A DNA stretch of 63,397 bases, filler included, from Octopus bimaculoides (taxonomy: Eukaryota): the NCBI RefSeq assembly GCF_001194135.2. It is 6 parts of 6 records of this genome, joined end to end, with 100 filler letters (N's around TTAATTAATTAA, not from the genome) between each part and the next. Parts side by side here need not be neighbours in the genome. Positions count along the whole stretch, not along the records: positions 1 to 18,604 come from NC_068993.1; positions 18,705 to 31,688 come from NC_069003.1; 4 more parts are not named here. The stretch is one strand, 5' to 3'. How positions within the stretch are numbered: position 1 is the stretch's first letter; every line of letters starts with the position of its first letter. The notes under the pieces are model-generated. The model did not search any database, was not told where the DNA came from, and worked only from the letters and a program-made list of their open reading frames with translations. Below are positions 13,323-28,620 of the stretch, in pieces. The position numbers were made by a program, and so were the translations under genes.

Positions 13323-14724
13323 GTTTCTTTAATTTCTTTTCCTTCTGCTTATTTAAATAAATAATTGTTAACATTATTCATTTACTTAATGTAAGGCAAT
13401 CCAGCCATGGCCATCTTCTCTTTTTCAGACTAAATAAACCCTATGCATCTTCCCTTTTAATGTAAGACAGTAATAGGCATTTGACTGCTCTTTCTAGCTG
13501 TTTCAAAGACAACGTAGAGGTTCCCTCATTGATTAATACTGTTGTTGTTGTTGTGGGTTAGCCTCAAGGCACGTCTGACTGAGCTAATCTTTGATTAAAG
13601 GTGTTATTATTAAGGTGATAATACGGCAGAATCGTTTTGTGACATTTCATCCGTCTTAACATTCTGAGTTCAAATTCCACTGACGTCAACTTTGCCTTTC
13701 ATCCTTTCGGTGAGGGTTGGAGTGGGGGGGCGGAAGGGGGTCGATAAAATAAGTACCAGTTGATCACTGGGGGTCAATGTAATCAACTTACTCCACCCCT
13801 CCCTCCAAATTGCTGGCCTTGTGCCAAAATTTGAAACCCCCACCGCCACTACTACTACTACTCAGAGGCCCCATTACACCAGATATTCTCCACCCATCCA
13901 CCATTGTAGTTTGTGTTGAAGTTGGTGGATGGAAGTGGTACTAGCACCAACGTTACTTGGGAAGGAGTGATCTCGGTTTCGGATGCAGTTTCTAGCAGTT
14001 TGGTACGGTATTGATGCTCCCTTCCGTGTCGGAATTGTGGATGATGTTGGTGTTGGCAGTAGCAGCGACGGTGGTGGTAGTGGTGGTAGTGGCTGCAGCG
14101 GTAGTATTATTGTTGATAGTAGAAGTAAAGAGGCTTATACAGTTGGAAGATGAGCAGACCCAGGAATAATATTTTCTGGACTTGACATAGGTGTGCGTGC
14201 GTGCGTGTGTGTGTGTGGTGCGCGCGTGTGTCGGTATACATGAATGTAGGTACATATCTATGTATATTCATGTATGTGTGTTTGTGTGCGTGTGTACGTG
14301 TGTTTGTGTGTGTACATAAACTTGGCCTTGACTAGATTATATTGTTGTTAAAGGAGTGTTGTAAAAACAATGGCTTACTCTGTATGATAATATGGCAGCA
14401 GTAGCAGCAGTAGCAGTAGTAGTAGTAGTAGTGTCATTTGTCATAATTGTGGCAACTGTCATTGCGTGTTTGTATGTGTGTGTGAGAGACAGACAGACAG
14501 ATGGTGTTCGTGGTGGTGGTGCTAATGTCATAGAAAGAAGAGACCTTGGACTGAGAACTACAAGGTTTTTTTTTCACGAAGTCAGTTACGTGAAAAAGTT
14601 AAGTTATATTGCATGCTGGTCGGTTGGCTGGCTGGCTGGTGTATTAGTTGCTTGCTTGGTTACAGCCGTTTATATGGTTTGTAAAGTTGATTGTTGCTCG
14701 GTTGCTTGCTTGTTTGGCTGGTCG

Positions 14725-14867
14725 TTTTCCCTTTCGGTGATTGGCTATGATCGTTTTTCCCTTTGGTGATTGGTTTTTCCTTTTGGTGATTGGTTTTTCC
14801 TTTTGGTGGTCTGTCCATCTCCCCGCCTCTCTCTCTTTCTCTCTGTATCTCGAAAACAAAGGTAAAT
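14725..14867 (+). promoter_or_regulatory. Candidate CCAAT-box / GC-box promoter with a downstream splice donor
   Basis: GATTGG three times (ATTGG at 14740, 14769, 14789) in a 20-bp repeat; CCCCGCCT at 14821; AAAG|GTAAAT at 14861/14862. Confidence 0.35.
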
Positions 14868-15030
14868 TTATAAGTTTAGTAATCTCATGAAACGCAAATA
14901 ACAAAATCGAATGCAATTAAATAAATACTATGTAAAGAAAATGAAGAAAAATATCAACGTTTCGGATAAGTTGTCCTTTGTCAGAATATACATAGAAAAG
15001 AGAAAAACAATGGAGACAGATGTGTGCATA

Positions 15031-15248
15031 TACGAGGGGTGCTGAAAAGTTCTTGGCTTTGAGTAAACGAAAATACAGAAGATCAGTTAATTATAGTTTG
15101 ATTCAACATATTCCCCTCTCAGATTCACACACTTATTGCAAGGTCCTTCAGTTTTTCTAAGCCCTGTTATAGAACTCGGGAGATTGGGCCTGCAACCAGG
15201 TCTTTCACAACGCCCTTAAAGCCGCGAGCTATTCATTACCCCCTTGTA
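15031..15248. mobile_element. Mariner-derived MITE
   Basis: Imperfect terminal inverted repeats TACGAGGGGTGCTGAAAAGTTC ... GAGCTATTCATTACCCCCTTGTA with TA ends. Confidence 0.6.
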
Positions 15249-15867
15249 CTTTGCTGCTTATGAGTCTTGATTGCGTAGACTTATTAGTTATTCCAGTTAT
15301 GACCAGCCCATATTTTTTTAATCAAATAGTTGTATTTAGGAAACTAGATTCGTATCCATGGTCTCCTTCCTTTTTGGGAAAGCAGATTTTGATGGAGATT
15401 TAGCTCTCATTTCTAAACGTTCAAACGGCCACATACTTCTGACATGTTTCGGCTTTATTATGTCCTCGTCAGGAAAGTATTTGAGGAACCACACTGTTAA
15501 TGTTTAATATTTAATGCTGTTAAATCGATGGTTAGACGTATAAAAATAGAAGTTTCAATACAAATGACTAATTTTTTTGTTTTCTTTCTCTCGCCGCGTA
15601 ATTACTTTTAGTTAATTTTTCAATTAATGCCGGCAATGTATGGATAATTAACTGGTATGCTGTAGTTACCTAGAGTTGTGGAGCTAAATAGCTTGGATAG
15701 CATAGCTGCAGTTAATGGTATTCCGTTGATAAATCAGTAAATTCTTCACGAGGTTTTTTTTTATGTTTATGAAATAGATAAAAAAAATGTTGAAGGATGA
15801 ATTCATCTCATTTCATTAATAACAAAACAGAAATTAAAAATTTAAAATAATCAACTTTTATCTATTA

Positions 15868-16081
15868 TTCTTTAATGTATTTCAGTCATTAGACTACGGC
15901 CATGCTGGAGCACCGCCTTCAAGAATCTTTAGTCGAATGATTCGACCCTAGTATTTGCTTGTTATTTTAAAGCTTGGTACTTATTTTGTCGGGCGCCTTT
16001 TGTCGAACCATTAAGTTACAAGGACGTAAACAAGCCACCACAAGTTGGCCAGCGGTGATCATGGACACACACACACATCTG

Positions 16082-16132
<51 letters not shown>

Positions 16133-16256
16133 CGATGGGCTTCTTTGGTTGCCCCGAAGCTACCGAAGAAGGCACTTGCCCAAGGTGCCTTGCCGTAGAA
16201 CCGACATCGGAACCAAGTGATTGGGAAGCAAACTTCTTGCCGCACAGCCACGCCTG
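15868..16256 (-). mobile_element. SINE family A; partial copies also at about 10440-10570, 17860-17975, 34265-34350, 44590-44820, 47150-47245, 50605-50780, 55655-55975 and 59850-60130
   Basis: Shared head/body/tail motifs; boundaries approximate. Confidence 0.8.
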
Positions 16257-17548
16257 TAAATCAAATCAGATGAAAATTACCTTTTAAAATGAATTCATAC
16301 ACAGATAATAGTGCATTTTTTAAAGAAGTATTTATCCATACTATTTTGTGGTTTTATTCATCGGTGATTCAAGCCGAATCGCCCGGCAGGAAATCCAGAA
16401 GTAAACCAAGAACGAGATGGTTGGATGACATCCATAGTCGCAATTAGGTCACACTTGAGGATTCAACCGGATATTGTAATGATTGACCTTCTTATTGTTG
16501 GGGGTGCCTCACGACTCTGCCCCCCATGACTCTCCCAAGAATTGAACCGGGAAGAAGATGGAAGGACATAAGTATTGTCGATAAATTGAATCCATACTGT
16601 ACCTTCTTTATATTTTCGCTTGTAATATGGAATTCTTGGACAGGCACCGGTAACATGTTCTATGATTGTTACCTCGTTTCTGCTCTTTTCAAGAGTTCTA
16701 CCAATTTCTAGATCATTGGATGGAGGTTTCTTTATTTTACGTTTCCTTTTCTCTTCGGATATCTTTTCCCCCATTTTTTTCATTGTAAATAATGCTTAAT
16801 CACAGAGTTACTATGCAAATAATAACTTTAAACACAAGATATTTACTCTGTAAAGTATAAAAAAGTATAAACAATATTTAATGCATTTAGTCAATTGAGA
16901 AAAGCTTTAATGTACAACGATGTATTTACTTGGCAGATAGAAACTGTCGATGAATTAACCGCCATGCATTGCGATGAAGTTTCAGTCGATGCATTAAGTA
17001 TTATGGGTAAGCTAGACGGTATGACTGAGGTCATTGGGGTTCCTGACAGTTAGATAGTTTTGGCAAATGGTATAGCTATTTCAACGTCCTCTTTTCTATG
17101 TTTGCTTGGGTCGGATGAGTTTATGATGCAGATTTTATACAGATGGGTGCCCCACATGTTGCCAACCGCTATGTGTTTCCAAGCTATGTGTTATTTCGCC
17201 GGTGGCCCGACAGGTTTTTGTACAAAATTGGAAACAAATTACACTGCTTGTATGATGGTGACACTCATTTACAACTATCACGCGATATCCAGACAAGGAC
17301 ACACACATTGCGTTCAGTGGGAACCGGCATGCCAAAGATTAGACACATCGCTTCGTCTGCGTATTGTAAAAAGTAACTAAAAGAGGTTGTGGTAAGATTT
17401 GCACTCTAACCTCGTAAAACCTTCATCAGCAGCAACTACTCGGGCGATGACCCCCCAACCTAGGGGGTCTGTTTGAGTTGTGAAAAGCCGTCATCGGCCA
17501 GAAGGAGATTGGGTACAGCGGCGCACCGTTACAACGAATGCCTCTATA

Positions 17549-17612
<64 letters not shown>

Positions 17613-17992
17613 GTTCCATTATAGGTAGGATCAACAAAAAATGTACTCCATTCAGTGAGAGATAACTATCCTTTTATGTAGACAGTGACAAAAGAGCTAC
17701 TAATAGTTTCATGCTTTAAGATACATTAAATTGGTAGCTTTATATCTCATGTCACTGTATCTCTAAGTAATCTTTCGGGCTCATTTCATAACGTCAGATG
17801 TATTTAAAAACCAGGGCGCTGGACTATGAGAAACTAAAATACACACACTCAGACACGCATATACGATGGGTTTCTTTCAGTTTCTGTCTTACATTCATAC
17901 TTTCCCAAGGTATCCGATAGTGGGTCTGATCCTAGAACCATGTGGTACGGAAGCAAACTTCTTAACCATGTCTCCACCTTAAAATTATGACG

Positions 17993-18074
17993 TAGAGAAC
18001 CCGGATATCGTTCCTGGTGCTTCTTGCATGCTAAAGCGAGTGTTGGGCGTTTCTACCACCTGAACTAATTCTTC
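17993..18074 (-). pseudogene. Degenerate tRNA-Ala(AGC)-like pseudogene
   Basis: GAAGAATTAGTTCAGGTGGTAGA-[insertion]-CTCGC-TTTAGCAT-GCAAG-AAGCA-CCAGGAACGATATCCGG-GTTCTCTA follows the tRNA-Ala layout, but stems are broken and about 9 nt are inserted. Confidence 0.6.
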
Positions 18075-18545
18075 TCACGCTCTAAAAGCTTGCCTGAATT
18101 TCCCACTAAGGCTGACTGGCTGCCTTTGGCATTTAAAGCAAACCCAGTGGTATGATTGATTGACGGATGGCTGGCTGCATGTTTAATATCATGATTTATG
18201 AGCTGCCTTGACTTTTAGAAGAAGAAAAAAAATGCTTAGTGATATGTGGAGCTGGTTGATTTATGGGCTTGCCTTTTATAAAAAGGGTCAGTGTTATGTA
18301 ACTGGTCACGTTAAATGTTTTGGTGTTGGCTTAATGGATTGGGTTGTCAGTAGTAGAGATGAGGGTGTGTACCCCCAGGGGAAAATACTCCCGCATGCAA
18401 AATATATAGATACGATTAGTATGATATCGGATGGTGGTGGAGTCCTTGTGTTTTTAATGGTAATAAGTTGGGAAACCTCAAAAAACTGAGAATATCTCTG
18501 CAATTTCAAAATTGTGTGTGTCTGTGTCAACATACATGTAAAAAT

Positions 18546-18604
<59 letters not shown>

Positions 18605-18704
18605 NNNNNNNNNNNNNNNNNNNNNNNNNNNNNNNNNNNNNNNNNNNNTTAATTAATTAANNNNNNNNNNNNNNNNNNNNNNNNNNNNNNNNNNNNNNNN
18701 NNNN
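18605..18704. other. Artificial scaffold linker N44-TTAATTAATTAA-N44; the 12-mer also occurs at 31733, 45411, 48138 and 61267
   Basis: The same 12-mer with stops in all six frames sits in the centre of N runs five times. Confidence 0.95.
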
Positions 18705-19728
18705 AGGGACTTGGTATGCTAATTTTCATTTTATTATTACAATTTTTTTTCCTTCCTTTTGAACATATTCAATTTTTATAAGTTTCTTTTTTTTTTTCAA
18801 AGTTTTATTTTATATATATTAACTTGGGTTTTTTTTATACTCTTTTTTCCTGTGTTTTTTTTTCAAAGAGGCTAATCTGACCCATAAGTTTTCTAGGAAG
18901 ATTGCCTTAAAAATAAAATAAACAAAAAAACTGTTAACCACCATTTTCTGAAAGTTTTGTTGGGAGTTTTGAAACATTCAAAATATAGAAGTGTGTGTAT
19001 GTATATATATACATATATGTGTGTATGTATATATATACATATGTGTGTGTATATATATATATATATATATTATATATACATATATATACATACACATACA
19101 TGCATGCAAGATACATTTGCAGCTGTTAATGCAATTTTTAAAATTTTAAGTTTGGGGTTGTTTTTTTCCTTGTTACGATTTTTTTCTTTCTTTGGATTAT
19201 ATATTTTTTCATTTATTTATTTTTCTTTTACAATTTAATCATCATTACCTGAGCATTTAACAGATATATTATTATTATTTTTTTTTTTCTTTGCATCATT
19301 TTAAAAATTTTCTTTAAAAAAATCTTCTCTACATAAGACTTTTAAACAAAATCTCTTTCAGGAACCTAGTACAAGAGATTCAGTGTTTTAAATTATTTGG
19401 GTTTTCAGTAACTTTTATTAGAAAATCTAAAGCTTGTTATTTTTATTTTTTTTTATTATTTGTCTAAGATTTGTGAGAGGTTTTTTAGGTTGTTGTTTTT
19501 TTTGCAAATAAATTTTTAGTTTAATTTTGAAGTGAAGAGGGGGGGGATTTAAATAACAATGTCATTTAGACGTTGCCTATGTTCACATACAAAGTGTATT
19601 ACATATAATATATGTGTGTGTGTGTGTGTATGGGAATGGTAAGGAGAGAGAGGGAGGAACTAAAAAACACTACTTCCAAGAAAGAAAAACGTTAAATTGA
19701 CATTTTTATTGTAGAATTTTATATATAC

Positions 19729-19770
<42 letters not shown>

Positions 19771-20062
19771 CATATATAATTTCCAAGAAAACAAATTTTC
19801 AATTTTAGTTGTTGCATTTTTTCGGAGAGGAGGTTTCTTGGAGAAAACCATTTCCCTCTTCCAAGATTACAGAAAGAAACTAAATTGAAGCCAACCAGGA
19901 CACGTGGTAACAGTAATAGTAGTAAGTAGTAGTAGTTATAATAATAATAATAATAATGGTAAAATAACAGAGAGGGTGGAACAAGTAGACAAGTTATAAA
20001 AAGTGTGGGCTGTGAGGGAGTGACCTAGAAAAAGGAAAAATCATAGAACAAAAATACAAAAT

Positions 20063-20099
<37 letters not shown>

Positions 20100-20801
20100 T
20101 ACATAGACATGGGTCAACTCCATTATGTCCAGCAAGGAAACAATACGAAATAGAATAATAAAAAATAAATAGAGGAGAAAACAGATAGATGGACATGAGG
20201 ACAATTGATTAAGTCACGGTACACATACATACACACATATATATACACAGTCACAGCACGCACGTGGGTGTGGTGAGAGAGAAAAAAAAAAGAGAGACAG
20301 ACAGATATACAGGTTGTTGGCCAAAAAAAGTTTTAGTAGTTTAGTTTTGTTTCTCTCTCCTTCTCCACACATTAATTAATTAATAATTATAATTATTGTT
20401 GTTGTTGTTGTTAATGATGTTGTTGTAAATCATTCGTACAAATCTACGACCAGTCTCCATCACAACTAAAATCTTTCAACATCTCCAATATGTATCGTAC
20501 TTTTTTTCTTTTTTTTGGGCAAATTTTAACTGTTACATTTTTTTTGGTTATATTTTCATTTATAGTTAATTGCAGCAGCAGGAGGAGATATTTTTTTTCT
20601 CTTTCTAGTTTTTCCAATTTTTTTTTTATAATACTTTGTTTCCAATTAAAAAAAAAATAATAATAATGGTAAAATAAATATAAAACTATCACCATCAGCA
20701 TTATGATAATGATCAAAATATTTCTGGAGTTTATGAGATGGGACAATCTACCCCAGGATGGGGGTGGTAGTTCATACAGATTCACATATATATATATAGA
20801 T

Positions 20802-20835
<34 letters not shown>

Positions 20836-21654
20836 CATACCACATGTATATATAACATTATTACAACTATAATATATATGCAGAGAGAGAGGGAGAGAGT
20901 ATCAAGTAGTGTTACCTGCTCTCTCCACCACCCGCATCTGTGAAAAGGGGTGAATATTTCCCAACAGAATAAACATAAAAAATAAATTTTTTTTTTAAAA
21001 AAGGAGACATTTTTAAGGTAAAAAAAAATTATTAGAGGACAGGACAACAGACTCCACCAACCGAAGAGGCACCTTAAAGTGGAGGGGGGGAGTGAGATAT
21101 TCTCTACAGACACACATACACACACTTGGTTGGTACTGGCAATTGTAGTAGTGTAGTAGTATAGTAGTAGTAATAATAATAATAATAATAATCATATAAT
21201 AATAATAATTAAAAATAACAGTAATAGTAGTAGTAATTGTAGTGGAAGATGGTCAATTGTTGTTATCCATCATTTTATATAGAAACGAAGATAGTGGTGT
21301 ACGTGTGTGTGCGTGATGGAGACGGTTGAAATAGATTGGCAGATGGAGAAGAGAGACTTGGAGACATGTAGGAGGTTAGCAGATAAAGACATCATAATAA
21401 TAATAATAATCATTGATAATGACAATAATAATAATAATAATCATCACAATCAGAAATCAGCAAATAATAATAATTAAAAAAAAAAAGAAAAGAAAAATCA
21501 TTTAAACATGACAGAAAAAGGATAAGTCTGGTGATGGGAGAGGTGAAAAGGATTTTTCGTGTTTCATTTTTTTTTGCTATACTTCACTGTGGTTTGGTGT
21601 TTTTTTTCATTTTCTCTTTTTCATCTTCTTGATGTTGTTGATGTTTTGTTCTCT
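18705..21654 (-). other. Probable long 3'UTR region of PABPC (end not determined)
   Basis: A-rich directly after the stop codon, very AT-rich, with no recognisable SINE copies down to the scaffold join. The polyadenylation site cannot be placed from sequence alone. Confidence 0.4.
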
Positions 21655-23586
<1,932 letters not shown>

Positions 23587-23589
23587 TTA

Positions 23590-23628
23590 AGTTTGAGTTT
23601 TTTTGGGGGGGAAATATTTTTTTTTGTT
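23590..23628 (-). promoter_or_regulatory. A-rich 5'UTR tract resembling the PABP autoregulatory sequence (ARS)
   Basis: Minus strand AACAAAAAAAAATATTTCCCCCCCAAAAAAACTCAAAC: oligo(A) runs separated by pyrimidine linkers, 40-80 nt before the ATG. Confidence 0.55.
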
Positions 23629-23709
23629 CTCCTCTGCTGGCAATACAATGGCCTCCTAGGTGGGAGAGGTCGTCCTGCTTTCCAAGTGAAATAGCAATGG
23701 TGGAAAACT

Positions 23710-23727
23710 AAATGGCGGAAGGAAACG
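23710..23727 (-). promoter_or_regulatory. Probable PABPC transcription start: polypyrimidine TCT/TOP-like initiator overlapping a YY1-like motif
   Basis: Minus strand reads GTTTCCTTCCGCCATTT about 175 nt upstream of the ATG, with no upstream ATG in between. PABPC mRNAs are known TOP mRNAs. TSS position is inferred. Confidence 0.55.
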
Positions 23728-25686
23728 GTGATTTCGCAAACCTCTCACCTACCTAAAATAAGCCTACCCGCTTATAGCCCCACAGTTCAAATTTTGCGAG
23801 TATTTTTTCTCCAATACAATCCAAATCAAATGAATTCCGTCAATATATTACATTTTAAAAACGTTCTTGATACTTTAAAACATAAAAATAGTATGGTTTG
23901 CTTGCATTTATGTATATTTTAGCATTTTATAACTTGAATAATGTCAGTGGTTATCATCCAGTTAAAGCAAGTTATAATTCAATTTTTAGTATTATAAACA
24001 GTAAAATAGAAATAATAAAAAAATAGCAACGCTTAATTCGCATAAATATAGATTTTATATCGTTAAATGCAGATTAAACAAGCGGAAGAATTTTATAAGC
24101 GCTTAATTTTTTGCATCACCGCTAGCACGTGATTTGCTATTGTAATCAGTTAACGCCATGTAGTATAAAACGAAATCTCAATAAAATAACGATGACACAA
24201 ACATCTTTCATTAAAAATTTTAATTTAAATAATAAACAAACCTTATGACGCCTTCATTTCACAGTTTAGTCTTAAATATTTCAAGTCAAATTTCAGATGA
24301 ATTAGGTACTTGAGTGTGAAGCGGAATGATATAGTCCACACACACACACCTGCCGACCGCAGCACTCGCGTGAAAGTGGCGTATGAATTATACGAAACGC
24401 AATAAACAACGGATTTCATCAGCAGACATTTTCTCTCCCTTACTCTCTCTCTTATACGCTCCCTTTCTCTTTTGTACTTTCCCTCTGTCTTACTCGCACA
24501 CTTTCTTCTTCCTTTACCTTCTCTCTCTATCTATGTGTATTTCTGTTGTATAATCACTCTCTCTCTCACTCAATCACATACACTTTCTCTCTCTCTCTCC
24601 CTAACTCACAGTATTTCTTACGCATACACCCGCGCACACAGATACACACATATACGCTCTAGCATCATACTCACACTATCTCATTTACACACACACACAC
24701 ATACACATATATGCTCTTTAACACATACATATTCCCTTTAGCAATACATTCACACGCTCTGTTTTACACACACACACATGTCTTTCTATGTCTCATTCAA
24801 ACATCTTAACGTTTATGGAGGGACAACTTCCAGCTTCCGAATTAAAATAAGATTTCTTTATGAAATTCCTACAGGAAAAAACCGTTATCTCTCACTCTCT
24901 GTTTCCTTATATTAGTCACTCTGCCTTTTAATTAACCATTTACTCATCTCGTCATGTTATTTATTTTTTTAAAAACAATTAAATAAATAATTAATTAAAA
25001 CGAATAGGTTCTTTATTAACCACAATATAAGAGAATTAAAACATTAAATTGTTGGTATTCTGTAGCAACTGGAATTCGAAAAATTGTCTGTAGTTGCTAC
25101 AAACACGGCAGAATGGTGATAATAATAATAATGTTAGCTTAACGTTCTGAAATAAACCTTTGGAACCGGTTTATGACCAAAGAACAGCTCTTTGAGAATA
25201 TATTTTAAAATGTATAAAATTATATTAGATTTATATGATAATGTTTTAAGGACAAATTAAGACCGTTAGTAGTTTAAATGGTACAAGTTTTCAAGCCATA
25301 TGCTGCTATTTATATATATTTGAATTAAATACTTTTACGTTAAAATCCGTTAAATATAAATGGGTGTTGTTGTTTTATTTAAAGCATTTTTTAAAAAAAT
25401 AATGATAATTGATAATGACAATAATTAAACAGTAAATGGTATTTCGTGGGAGATAGGGAAAGGAATTACGATTATTTTTAATATTTCAAAAATATTCAAT
25501 TTGTCTTTCCGTTATTCACGAATAAAATACGTATATATATCTAAATATAATTTATATACACGCTCTTAAGATACAAACTTACATGTATATTGATATATAT
25601 ACATATTAGATACAAACTTGCATGTATGTATGTATAATTGCCTCTATATAATTTATATACATGCTATTAGATACAAACTCACATGT

Positions 25687-25739
<53 letters not shown>

Positions 25740-26296
25740 TGTGTGTATTAATTTGGTGTATTTTGTATGCGTGCATCGGATTTTTGGTGGATTCCAAAAG
25801 TAAAAATATTCCCATTTTTTTTCCACGTTGCTTTTTCAAAAATAAAAAAAACGAAAAAACAATAACGGTAAATATTAAAATACGACATAATACTTATTAT
25901 ATTATTAAAAGAGTTTCGTTTTCGTCTTTTATAACATAATTTCTTCGAACAGATGAACGAAATATTAATAACCATTTTTACAGTGGTTCATAGATCTAAA
26001 TTTATAATGGAAAAAAATATATATATCTACATTTATATCAATAGTAGAAATAGCGTTTTGTATTTATAGAGAATATATTTATCTATATTTACAGTAGAAA
26101 ATATATATATATATATATTTCTATCTATATTTATAGTAAGATGGTTATTAAAAGAAGGTATCGCCACTTGGCGCTCTCTTCGTGTTGCCTGTCTTTCAGA
26201 AGAAACCACAGACTGCCTACTATATTTACCGCGCTTGTCAACAAGGAATAATGTGTCATTCTACACAAGCAGCTGACGGTTTGATGTAGTTAAAAA

Positions 26297-27450
26297 TGAC
26301 AAATTCTCTTCCATCCAAAGTCTCAAATCATCTGTCAACCCAACCGCTTTTTAAAAAAAAAATGTGAACCCACAGTCAACGACTAAAGATTCGGTGACAA
26401 TTGCTCCAGCTGGTTAATAGTAGCAGTCAGACACCCATATACATCTGGCTGCTGCTGTCTTTAAATTGGGTGATCAAATAAACGAGAGAGAGAGAACAAG
26501 AGAGGGAAAAATGCCCTTGTTATATAATCGCTCGACTTGTAAAAAGAAAAAAAAAAGCTCCTTAAATTTCTCTCAAGATGCAAACCTATTGAGGGCAAGC
26601 CAAATAGGGATTGCCTATGCTAGAAATAGCAGTCACTTGTACTGCTCTCAAATCACACACTCCGCTGTCTTATATAACATCAGGACGCCTTAGATAGTGT
26701 AAATCTGGTGACAAATTCTTTTACATTTAACCAGGTCAACCACATTTTTTTTAAATTTGAACCCACAAACAACTCAAAGATTCTGTGCCAGTTGCTCCAC
26801 CTGGCCAATGGTAGCAGTCAGACACCCATTCACATCTGGCTGCTGCTCTCTTTAAATTGGGTGAACTCAAACCAGAAAAGACAGACAGACTGAAAGAAAC
26901 AGAGGAAAAAGACCCTCCTTGCATAACTGCTCGACATGTTTCAAATAAATAAATGAAAACAGCTTAAATTTCCCTCAAGAAGGAAACTTTTTGAGGGCGA
27001 GGCCAAAAGAAGTCTCTGTGTAGTTGCTTAACCTGTTAAAAATACTTGTCATATGCGATGCTCTCAAAGTCTTAAATAATGTCAGGCCAACTCAGATAAC
27101 ATAATCCTGAGGATAAATCTTCTTCAACATCTAATCATGTCAACTGCTTTTTAAAAAAATGCAAACCTGTAAACAACAGCTAATTATAGGAGAGTATTGT
27201 AGTTCGCTTGAAGCATTGTGTATTGTTTGTAAAGAACAAAAAGTTTAGAATGGTACAACAATGCACTATAAAACAAAAAATGGACTATATACCTGTTGTA
27301 ATTTGGTTATCTATCGTCCGATGATATTTCGGAATTACAATTCCTTCTTCAGATCTTCTTAGCTGAAGTAAACAACTAATTACTCTGTGACAGTTGCTCC
27401 AGCTGGCCAATGGTAATAATCAGGTACCCATTTACATCAGGTTGCTACCT
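26297..27450. repeat. Diverged tandem triplication of a unit of about 410 bp; third copy interrupted
   Basis: tgacaaattc at 26297 and 26709 (period 412); shared ttgctccagctgg...gtagcagtcagacaccca...catctggctgctgc; third copy at about 27113-27180 + 27383-27450. Confidence 0.8.
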
Positions 27451-27464
27451 CAGGAGTCCAGGAA

Positions 27465-28620
27465 CATTCCTTTCTACTATAGGTACCAAGGCCTGAAATT
27501 TTAGGGAAGGGGGTTAGTTGATTACATCAACCCCAGTGCATAACTGGTATTTATTTCATCGATCCTGAATGGATGAAACTCGACCTCAGCAGAGTTTGAA
27601 CTCAGAATGTAAAGACAGCTGAAATGCCACTAAGCATTTTGTCCATCGTGTTTACAACTCTGTCAGCTCACGCCCTTGATATGAGCTTCAAATTTTGGCT
27701 TGGGGTCAGCAATTTCTGGAGAAGGGATCAGTCAATTACAGCAACCTCAGTGCTCAACTGATACTTATTTTCTCGACCCAGAAAGGGTAACAGGCAAAGT
27801 TGACCTCGGTGGAATTTGAACTCGCAATGCTGGTTTCAAATTTTGGCACACACAATGAAATAGTCATTGGTATACCATGCCAGTGGCACATAAAAACACT
27901 GTGCCGGTGACATGTAAAAGCACTCATGCTGGTGATGTGCTGAGACACCTGTGCCAGTGATACATAAAAAGGCACACACACAGGGGACCAAGACTTCTGG
28001 AAGTTTACTGTGCTTGAGAAGACATGTCAAGCTAAGTTCATAGCTGCCCTTGCATATAGGCATGCTCCCCCCCTTACATCCCACTTCAGCTGAGTGTTCC
28101 TAATTTTACATACTTTCCTTGAAAGGATAACAGGCAAAGTTGACCTCCATGGAATTTGATATTGGTTTCAAATTTTTGCTCAAAGCCAGCAATTTCATGG
28201 GAGGTAGTTAAGTTGATTATGGTTGACCCAGTACTCAACTGGTACTTGTTTTATCAACCCTGAAAGGACAAAGGGCAAAGTTGACCCCCAACAGCATTTG
28301 AAATCAGAATGTAAAGTTGAAAGAAACACCACTAAGCACTTTCTCTGGCCAGGTAACCATTCAACCAGTCCATTGCTTGCAGTAATCTAATAATATTGGT
28401 TTCGAATTTTGGCACAAGGCCAGCAATTTCAGGAAAGGTGAGCTAGTCAATTACATCAACCCCCAGTGTTCAACTGGTACTTATTTATCAACCATGAAAG
28501 AATGAACAGCAAAGTTGATCCCATGAAGAATTTGAACTCAGAACATACAAACAAAATCCTGGCGTGCTAAAGATTCTGCCAGCTCGCTGCTGTAGAGTCC
28601 AATAACATTAAATTCTAAAC
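27465..28620 (-). mobile_element. Cluster of about 5 head-to-tail SINE family B fragments with RTE-related pieces
   Basis: Repeated aaagttgacctc...gaatttgaactcagaatgtaaag and aattttggcacaaggccagcaatttc blocks. Confidence 0.75.

Noticed and set aside
17993-18074. Functional tRNA-Ala gene
   Set aside because: Broken acceptor and T stems, an insertion after the D arm and an 8-nt anticodon loop; kept only as a pseudogene.
18649-18660. TTAATTAATTAA as a homeodomain site or piggyBac footprint
   Set aside because: Always centred in N runs of fixed length; an assembly linker.
21430-21650. Poly(A) tail and target-site duplication of a PABPC retrocopy
   Set aside because: A-runs are interspersed and look like 3'UTR sequence; no matching flanking duplication found.
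25061-25101. 10-bp inverted repeat TGTAGCAACT/AGTTGCTACA (also a hairpin at 34176-34198)
   Set aside because: Short, isolated and without supporting context; could arise by chance.
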